DNA of 64,000 nt, taken from assembly GCF_048593235.1 (NCBI RefSeq), contig NC_133622.1, positions 177,754,001-177,818,000 of the forward strand. Reading direction: 5' to 3'. Every line of letters starts with the position of its first letter. The stretch's first letter is position 1. Positions 27,306 through 35,400 of the stretch are shown piece after piece. The notes beneath the pieces are model-generated. The model was not told the DNA's origin. It saw nothing but the letters and a program-made list of their open reading frames with translations, and made no database searches. Made by a program: the position numbers and the translations under genes. The DNA is from Sminthopsis crassicaudata. Lineage: Eukaryota.

Positions 27306-29047
27306 AATGAAGACCAAGAATCCTCAAGGATCTCATTCATTTGACATTTTCTAAGAACTTAGTATTGCTCAGGGTCCGAAGACCTTTTAACACAAGGAGC
27401 TTCTAACTTATGGGAGAAAGAAAAGTAAAAATATGATATATGGGTGAACTGAATGTAAAGAATTGAGCAGAGAGAAACCTTTTATGGAGGTGGCAAAAAG
27501 GGTATCAGGAAAAGATTCAAGAGCAAGATGAAAATTGAGGAAGGTTTGAAAGAAGAGCAGTGTCCAGAAATAAATGATGCAAGGGTAGAGGAGAATGTAG
27601 AGGCAAGATATGTACAGGGAACAGAGAACAATACATAGTCCATGGGAAGGAGACACTTCTCTTAGGAAAGCATTATAACTTCTTTCCTCTCTCACGACTC
27701 TCTAGCTCTGCTTATCACTCTGGTTTATTCCCACACCACTCCTCAGGCTCCAAAGTTCCAAGAGATTTCAATATTTCCCCTTCCAAAGGCAAAAAGGAAG
27801 GGTGTCAAGGTCCTGGCAGAGGGAGAGATGAAAGAGTCAAATGTTGCCCAGACTGTTAGTGAAAGGAAAGGTCCACAATTATCCTAGCCTCATGGTCATT
27901 AGTGTGGTATAGAAACATAGTCATTAGGGAACTGACCTCATATAGAGGAATTGTCCCTGAAGGGGAAAAAAGGCCTATCTCTATTCTGGCACTGTATTAG
28001 TATTCATGAGCTCTGTGTGTCTACACAGTCTAATATGATGAAAGTATGATATTATAGGAGTTTGCGAAAAGGGAAACATCTACCTTAGGGAGGTTGGCAA
28101 GCCTACCATGCATGAGGGTAAATTGAAAAACTCTATTTTGCCTTTTGCTGCAAGAAAGCTGAGAGAAGCTTGTAATTTAGAGTAGGAAGCCGAGTCAAGC
28201 AGGACAAGAGTAATTCTAATATTGATATAATACAACCCATCATCAGAGAAGGCAGACTGGTCTGGGGGCTAACCCAGCAGACACAATTACTGGGATTGTC
28301 TCTCTTCTCTTCTCTCCGTCTCCAGGATAAAGACGAATCAATTAGCCCCCAACACACAGTGACCTTGACAGCAATACCTCTGAACAGAATATGCTGAGGC
28401 AGAGAGAAAAAGGAATGAGAGGGGAGAAAAGTGTTCTGAAATCCACTGCCAGCTGCTTTTCTGAGCAATCCTTCACTCCGAACCATGATGCCTGTGACTT
28501 GCTTCTAGCCAAAAATATCTCATTTGAAAGGATATACACCTCTCCTGGCTGTAAATAAACAAGGATTTCTCAGATGGGAAGAGAAGAGGCAATGAAATGC
28601 AGAAAAGGGCATGTTCTCACCAGTGTAAACAAACATTAACAGAATCAAGGATTGACTAGCACCTACTTCCTGAAAAGAAAGCTGGCCCAACATTGCACCC
28701 TCCCCCTACTTCCAAAGAGAAATGAGATGGCTTTTTGACCAGATAACTTTTAGAGATACAATAAAAAGGGAATAAAGGAATAACAGACTTTGAGAGTTAA
28801 GCATCTAGAAGTTAGCTGTCATAAATCCTTCACCTGGGGAATCCAAACAACTATTCTGTGGTCATTGTGTTTTTTTAAAATAAAGTTTCTGATCAAGTGC
28901 CACTTTTACACTAAGCTTTTTCTGACACTCTACCCCCAGTTGTTAGGAAATTCTCCCCTTAGATTACCATGTATTTATTTTGGGTATTTCAATGCAAATG
29001 TGTATGTGTGTGTACATATATACAGACATATAAAAGCATGTGTGGTC

Positions 29048-29050
<3 letters not shown>

Positions 29051-29090
<40 letters not shown>

Positions 29091-29093
29091 TGT
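29051..29093. repeat. (TG)n microsatellite inside an L2 tail
   Basis: Read directly; followed by the L2 terminus cctaacacatagtaggcacacaataa. Confidence 0.9.
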
Positions 29094-31289
29094 ATACTTA
29101 TGTGTTGTTCTCCCAGGCAAATGTGAGTCCCTTGGGAGCAGAGACTATTCCATTTCCTTACCTTTGCATCACCATCACTTATCATAGCACCTAACACATA
29201 GTAGGCACACAATAATGACTGGTGAATAAAATGATTTAATTATTTCCCAGCCATCATTTTCAGGCTCTTGATAAAATTTAAAACAGAATAATATAATCTT
29301 GCATTTGTTCTAGGGAGCCATAACTCTTTTAATTGAATGAGAATGAGATCAAAATCCCTTGTCCAACCCTTGGAGAAAGGCATAAAAACTATATGGGAAG
29401 TATAATAACTTAAGATACTTTATGGGAGGAAATTTGCCTTCAATTTAAAAAAATTGTTTTTTTAAATTATGTACTTTTGTCATGGTCTTAATCAATAAAC
29501 CATGTATTTTTAAAAATCTCCCAAATCTCCATATAACACATTTCAGAAGGTCCTTCCTAAGGGTACATTTTTGTTTTCTCGCCCCTACGTCAGGCTAGCC
29601 TAATCAGAAAGGTGCCCTATCTTTTCACTGAAGCATCATATTTCATATCAGACAAAAGAGTAACCTTGCCGCCCATGCGGAACTGTGCTGCTTTGGGAGC
29701 TGCACACTCTGCACCACTTGTTCCAGGCAAGCCTGTCGCATCTGGTGGCCAGGTGGGAGAGGCCGAGGATGTCATGATGTCTGTCAGCCCTTTAATGGTG
29801 CTCTGGGGATCTGAGAGAGAGATGCAGAGTGGTATCTGAAGAAAAAGACTTTCTTCCCTGATGGTACCTGGAAAACAAGTCTTTCAGTAAATCTGTCTCT
29901 CCCTGAATGGGTAATAGTAAAATGAACATGAGAGAGACTTCACAAGAGCCAAACTAAGTTCTTCTGTGTTGATACAGCTCTATCTCACACTGAACAAAAT
30001 CATCAGGGTACATGTATACGGAGGGAAAGAGTTTTGTTTGTTTGTTTGTTTCCTCCCTGATGTTTAGGGTATGGGGAGGGAAGAGTTTCATAATAACATT
30101 TCTTTCTTCCTAAAAGGAAGTAAAAATTAAAACCTCTAAGAGAATATATAAGTACTAGATTTAGGAGAAGATTCAATGAATCTTTTTTTTCCCCTCTACT
30201 AAATAACTTTTCCATCTCAAAGAGGTGAAGCTCAGGGACAAAAATAAAAGACAAGAGTTACATTCAGAAACCTGCTGGAAACTTCTTTTCATGCAAAAGT
30301 TTACAACCAAGTGACTCACAGGATTTCTTCCTTGTCTTCCTTTCCTCTGTTGCCCGTGGGCCTACTCAGCATCTGGACAGCGGCAGTCTGCCTATACTAG
30401 GTCTAGAGTCTCAGCTTTTTTCAGAGCTTATTACACTGAACAGGGGCAGTATAAGTACAGGCTAAAAGGATACATCTCCCAAAAAACTAGGTATCCTTCA
30501 AGTGGATTGGACCCAAATCACTGTCAAGAAAGCTCTAAATACTTAATCACCCAACACTGGCCTAACGGGAGAAAGCACTCTGACAGAATCATGCAATATC
30601 CTGAATATTCAACAAAAGCCCTACCTAAGCAAAAGCTGCCAAAGTACCGGTGGAGAAAGCAAGAAACCTTAGGCAGTGAATGGGCCGAGTACCTTGATGA
30701 AGTCTACAAGAGGAATTAGCAATTAGAACCAAAAGGGTAACAGAACCTTGCTGAGAAAGCAGGGTAAGGGAGAAGGAAGGGGTGGGGGAACAGTTGCCAA
30801 ATGAGAATAATGAGGACCAAAGGGCTTTGGGCCAGGACTGAGTGGAAGAGAGGGGAATAAAAAGTAGAGAAAATCAGCATCATGGAAAGAGAAAAAAAAA
30901 ATCAAAAATATGTTCATTGAGCATTCAATCCAACTCAGATTCTTTTCTGGGACATAAAAGGAACCCATTTATCACACATAACTCAGGGGATAGTCCTTCC
31001 TCCTGCTATTAGGTATGTTTCATACCCCACAGAGGTGCTACCTGCCAAAGTAGGATCTCTGGCCATAGAGAGCTGCTGCTGCTATTTCATGAGAGCTCTC
31101 CCAGAATTGCTTCACACATGTTCTTCATGTGCCCCCCCCAACAAACAGCTTGCAAAATGCTTCCACTAACTCTTCAGCAACAACCTAAACATCTTGGTAT
31201 ACATGAAAATGCAATTTAAAATGAAGAAGAAAAGGGAGGGGGTAAGCTGTTTGCCTTGAAAATATAATTTTCGTTCCCCTCTTTTCAGT

Positions 31290-31293
<4 letters not shown>

Positions 31294-31379
<86 letters not shown>
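31294..31379 (-). repeat. (GA)43 microsatellite on the sense strand, starting 13 nt into the intron
   Basis: (TC)43 on + strand, counted directly. Confidence 0.95.
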
Positions 31380-31383
<4 letters not shown>

Positions 31384-31386
31384 CTT

Positions 31387-31395
31387 ACTTACAAA
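31387..31395 (-). other. NRG1: 5' splice donor of the type III exon (TTT|GTAAGT)
   Basis: Minus strand reads CCA AAA GTT T|GTAAGTAAGAAAT. The +1..+6 match is perfect, and phase 1 is what the downstream EGF exon requires. Confidence 0.9.
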
Positions 31396-32050
31396 CTTTT
31401 GGAGCACTTTGAAGATTCGTTTCAGTGGTTGGTGCCTGTGATGCTGTCATGGGTGTTCTCCCCTCAAAGTCCTGGATGGGAGGAGGGAAGGATGGTGCAG
31501 CAGAAGGCAGCAGAGAAAAGGCTAATGAGGGGTTCTGTGGGGATGGTGGGGCCAAAGGGTCAGAGGGCACTTGGGAGCTGCCACCCTGCATTGTAACACC
31601 CTGGACTTGGCCCTTGGCTTCCCGGTGGGCCCCAGGAAAAGAAGGTGAGGGGTAAACCTCTGAGGGGTCCCAGACGGTGGAGGCAGCAGTAGGATCCACA
31701 GCAGTGATAGGGTCCTGGCCTATCCTCCCTGGGTCGAGGTGAGTAGGGGTGTCATACTCAAATATCTTGTCCACAAACACCCACTTGAGACCAGCGATGC
31801 AGAGACAGAGGCTGACCAGGCAGGCCAAGATGGGCACAATGCAGATCTTCTCCGAGTTGAGGCAGCCCCGCAGGCGCTCAGCCTCCAGGCAGACACAGCA
31901 GGGGATGGCCAGGCCCACCATGGCCCCTTCTCCCCCATCCTCGGCCTGGGCCCGTGACATTGCTTCAGCTGTGGGGAGCCCATCCAGAGATGGATCTGGA
32001 CTCAGCTCAGAGGAGGGGCTGGGACAACTCTCTGCAGCTCCCTCCGACAT
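31393..32050 (-). CDS. NRG1: Neuregulin-1 type III (SMDF/CRD-NRG1) first coding exon, 219 codons + 1 nt (phase 1)
   Basis: ORF 31385..32050 reads MSEGAAESCPSPSSELSPDPSLDGLP...CCVCLEAERLRGCLNSEKICIVPILACLVSLCLCIAGLKWVFVDKIFEYDTPTHLDPG...TTETNLQSAPKV. The 8-Cys CRD, hydrophobic N-terminal TM segment and terminal TETNLQ.APK match the NRG1 type III exon. The ORF runs into a GTAAGT donor after GTT T (31393); the final C-K-stop is intronic. Confidence 0.96.
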
Positions 32051-32098
32051 GTCTGAAGCTCCCGTCTCTACAGGCTCACTTCCAAGAGGCCTGGACTC

Positions 32099-32182
32099 TC
32101 ACCACCAGGCAGGGCCCCCCCCAACAATATGAGACAGCATCTTAGAGGGGAAAATCAATAGGTTGTCTTTGGCCAAGACCAT
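32099..32182 (-). other. uORF C (27 aa, MVLAKDNLLIFPSKMLSHIVGGGPAWW*), in frame with the main CDS
   Basis: ATG 32182 in strong context (ATC ATG G), second ATG 32140, TGA 32101-32099, then 16 sense codons to the main ATG 32050. Confidence 0.6.
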
Positions 32183-32311
32183 GATCCAAGTCAGGAGGAG
32201 TTGAGGAGAAAATGAGAGGGGGGCTGAGGAAGAAAAGCAAAAACTCTTCCTGACAACAGCAAAAGGAAGGTGATTAAGCAGTTATCCGGCGTCTGCTCCT
32301 GGGCCACTTTT

Positions 32312-32338
32312 CTAGTTTCTGGAAATACCTCTGAACAT
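32312..32338 (-). other. uORF B (8 aa, MFRGISRN*)
   Basis: CCGGG ATG TTC AGA GGT ATT TCC AGA AAC TAG; G at -3. Confidence 0.55.
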
Positions 32339-32425
32339 CCCGGCTCCGCTTGGGCAGAGGGCAAAGAAGAAATCAAGGAGGGAAAAGACAGAAAGCAAGC
32401 AGAACAGCGGCCGGGCGCTGTGCGA

Positions 32426-32476
32426 TTAAGTGAACCAGTAGCCCAGGGCAAAAGACAGGGCTCTCACCTGGACCAT
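32426..32476 (-). other. uORF A (16 aa, MVQVRALSFALGYWFT*), extendable upstream to ATG 32656 (76 aa)
   Basis: Translated by hand from ATG 32476-32474 to TAA 32428-32426. It is the C-terminus of track ORF 32426..32842. Confidence 0.6.
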
Positions 32477-32573
32477 CTGAGGCAGGGGGCTGTTGAGCGG
32501 AGGAAAACAACTGGCAATCGGGAAGAGCAAAAGGCAAAACCCTGAGAAGAGGAGCGGCCGCGGGGGCAGGAGA

Positions 32574-32643
32574 GGCGGCAGCGGCAGAGGCAGCGGCGGC
32601 GGCGGCGGCAGTGGCAGCAGCAAGGGGAGCGGCAGCACAGGCA
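32574..32643 (-). repeat. Interrupted CCG/CTG trinucleotide tract in the 5' leader
   Basis: + strand ggcggcagcggcagaggcagcggcggcggcggcggcagtggcagcagc; (GCG)5GC at 32593-32609. Confidence 0.85.
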
Positions 32644-32817
32644 GCGGTAACAGCATCCTGCTCTGTTTCAGCAGCGGCGGCAGCGGACAGCGGCTGCGAG
32701 GGGCTGAATCATGAGCGAGCAGCAGGTGCCTGCTCTCCGCGCATCCCTGCCAGCGGCGGCATCGCAGGGCAAGGCTGAAGGAGGAGGGCTGGGGCCAGGA
32801 GGGCTGGGTGCCTCCCT

Positions 32818-32827
32818 GCCCCGCCCC
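32818..32827 (-). promoter_or_regulatory. GC box (Sp/KLF site)
   Basis: Exact GGGGCGGGGC on the minus strand, at the upstream edge of the CpG island. Confidence 0.6.
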
Positions 32828-32978
32828 CCACCCGCTGCGCACACCCTCCTCTTTGTCCTTCTGGAGGGAGGCACGAGTACATAGGCACTTTCTGGCTTTC
32901 CAGCTCCTTCCTTCTTCACAGTCCCTTTCTCCTTGTCATCTACACTCTCTGTCCTGTTCTATCTCTTCCCTCCTCCCC

Positions 32979-33154
32979 NNNNNNNNNNNNNNNNNNNNNN
33001 NNNNNNNNNNNNNNNNNNNNNNNNNNNNNNNNNNNNNNNNNNNNNNNNNNNNNNNNNNNNNNNNNNNNNNNNNNNNNNNNNNNNNNNNNNNNNNNNNNNN
33101 NNNNNNNNNNNNNNNNNNNNNNNNNNNNNNNNNNNNNNNNNNNNNNNNNNNNNN
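32979..33154. other. Assembly gap (N) in the proximal promoter
   Basis: N run. Confidence 1.
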
Positions 33155-34048
33155 AGTATACCCAGCAACACAGGACTACCAGTGCCACTGACTTCCTATT
33201 TTATCCAATTAGAAGGAATAAAGGCTATCGAATCAAAGACAAGCAGGCAGGCAGCAGTTCTGCTTAGTCTCCATCCCTCCCCCCCCCACTCTCCTCTCTC
33301 TTTTTTACTCTCTTCCTTTCCCTCTAGTGTGCCTATTGCAACTTTCCACCCCAACCTTGCTTTCTCTCAGTCATATTTGTTCTTTTCCTTTGAGCCAAGG
33401 TTAGGTCAGGAAAAGGCAGCGATCAATGCCCTCCATCTAACAAAGCTCTGGTTGGGAGGGGATGTAGGTGGGACCTCATGGGCTGAACCAAAGGCTTAGA
33501 GCAAAGTCTGATATTTGATCCGTCCCCAGAGAGGGAAGCTTTGCAGTAGCAACTTCTTCCTGCCTGCTGCCTGCAGATTCCACTCCTTCTTAGCACTTTA
33601 ATAAGGTTCACTCAGGGAGAACACTAGCATTATTTGACTTTTGCCTGGCCTTTAGAAAAATTCTACCTGGACAGTCCCACATTCACACTATTAAAGATGA
33701 ATAGTTTTTTTTTTAATCTTTATTGTGATGATTTTGAAATAAAATGCTTTTGTGAAGTAAAAGTAGGCTTCTCAGTCTGGTCCCTGAAATGGCTTCATCC
33801 CTTTGAGTCCTCAATACTAAACTCCCCCAGAATGACCTCACTTTAATAACAGTCAGGAAGTAACTCAGTGTGGTTGGGAGCTAACAACACCAATTCTTGT
33901 CCTGTAATATTTCAAAGAGGCCTCATTTCTCTGGCTTATATTCCATCCATTCCTATCACCACTAGAATGGCCAAATACCTATAATAAGAAATGTATTCCA
34001 CATAAATATGATTAAATCTATGGAGTTCTCAGTCTTCCCTTTTTGAGA

Positions 34049-34340
34049 NNNNNNNNNNNNNNNNNNNNNNNNNNNNNNNNNNNNNNNNNNNNNNNNNNNN
34101 NNNNNNNNNNNNNNNNNNNNNNNNNNNNNNNNNNNNNNNNNNNNNNNNNNNNNNNNNNNNNNNNNNNNNNNNNNNNNNNNNNNNNNNNNNNNNNNNNNNN
34201 NNNNNNNNNNNNNNNNNNNNNNNNNNNNNNNNNNNNNNNNNNNNNNNNNNNNNNNNNNNNNNNNNNNNNNNNNNNNNNNNNNNNNNNNNNNNNNNNNNNN
34301 NNNNNNNNNNNNNNNNNNNNNNNNNNNNNNNNNNNNNNNN
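34049..34340. other. Assembly gap (N)
   Basis: N run. Confidence 1.
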
Positions 34341-35029
34341 TTCCAGCATTCATAAAATGTAAAAGTCTATGACAGAGATCCCAAATGAGTAACAACAACA
34401 AGAGCACTGAAAAGAAAAAAAAAAAAACCTATCACAAATGGTTTAAATTCTCAGTGCACAGACTTCTCCAACAGGACATCTCAATGGATTCCTAGGAACT
34501 ATTTAATCTACCTCTGTCAATAGGAATCTAAAAAACAAGTCTGGTTCACTCTATTTTATCATTAATAGCTTCTAGGTAGCACCATTTTTTTCTTTGAAAA
34601 CTGACATCAATGAAGTGATTTACAAGTGTTTTTAACTCTGTACACCCTGAGAACTCCTAAATTTTTTTAAAATTCTAAACAGGTAGAAAGTCATTCTGGC
34701 TACCATTTTTCAAGACACATTTATTTTATAATTATAAATGATTCAAAATATGTTGATCGCCAAGTTATGATTTCAGTCCTGTTACTTCAAACATGCCAGA
34801 GCCAATTGGCCTGACTGAGCCAAAGCTCCTGAGAATTATGCTTAGATCCCCCTCAATAAATCCTGCAGCAGTAAGCTGAGAACAGTAACCATCCCAAAGC
34901 CATTTGTTTCAATTATTTTGTTTTAATTTCAAACATCTCCTGATAAATGAATATTCTAAGGAACTGTATTTTGGGGCAAGTAAGACAAATTCTTCCACTG
35001 GTGTAGAGCATAACCTGCCTATGGGTCAG

Positions 35030-35400
35030 GCAAGTGCTGTTAGGTCAGTTGCACAAAGCTCAGAAAAGCTGAGTAATTTACTAAGGGGTTAAATGGCACT
35101 TCAGGGGCAGAATTTGAACTCAAGTCTTTCTAGCTCCAAACTGGACACGGTTTCAACTAAATTAAGCTTAAGTCAAGTTAGATGGCACAATGCACAATAG
35201 ATTCAAGATATTAAGTTCAAATCTTGCTTCCAATATTTACTACTATTCCAACATTAACCTCTGTCTGCCTTAGTTTCCATAACTATACAATAAGGATAAT
35301 GAGAACACCTATTTTCCAGGGTTATTATAAATATTGAGTGCTAAATATTATCACAGTACCTGGCATATCATAGCCATTATAGAAATACTGGCTATTTCTA
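35030..35400. mobile_element. Head-to-head MIR pair
   Basis: MIR minus ~35030-35160; MIR plus ~35170-35400 with tail gtgctaaatatta...tggctatt. Confidence 0.6.

Larger units (their letters stand above)
1..31392 (-). other. NRG1: NRG1 intron downstream of the type III exon (EGF exon lies outside the window)
   Basis: Begins with GTAAGT. No EGF-exon coding sequence (..HLxKCAEKEKTFCVNGGEC..) was found in any frame. Confidence 0.85.
32051..32800 (-). other. NRG1: Long 5' leader (5'UTR) of NRG1 type III mRNA; TSS not defined from sequence
   Basis: Contiguous with the CDS and free of repeats. Contains CCG/CTG runs and blocks (GGGCTACTGGTT.ACTTAAT, AACTAGAAAAGTGGCCCAG, AAGATGCTGT.TCAT) that I recall from the eutherian SMDF leader. 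The upstream limit is an estimate. Confidence 0.7.
32280..32880. promoter_or_regulatory. NRG1: CpG island / type III promoter region
   Basis: Sharp rise in GC content and CpG density (GCGGCGGCG runs, GCGGCCGC, GC box) against a CpG-depleted background, directly upstream of the exon. Confidence 0.8.

Noticed and set aside
28133-28486. 117-aa sense-strand ORF with strong Kozak ATG (MVRSEGLLRK...)
   Set aside because: No recognisable homology, no good splice donor and no codon bias. A few ORFs of this length are expected by chance in 64 kb across six frames.
29735-29760. CTCF-like GGCCACCAGATGCG
   Set aside because: Mismatches at the core GGC positions; better read as E-boxes.
32468-32708. Open poly-Ala frame that would splice in phase 1 from the 32468 donor to the EGF exon
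   Set aside because: No ATG after the stop at 32709, and my recollection of the human leader has a stop in this frame. It would need non-AUG initiation.
31399-32919. Several overlapping plus-strand and alternative-frame ORFs across the exon and CpG island
   Set aside because: Expected by-products of high GC content and shadowing of the real CDS.
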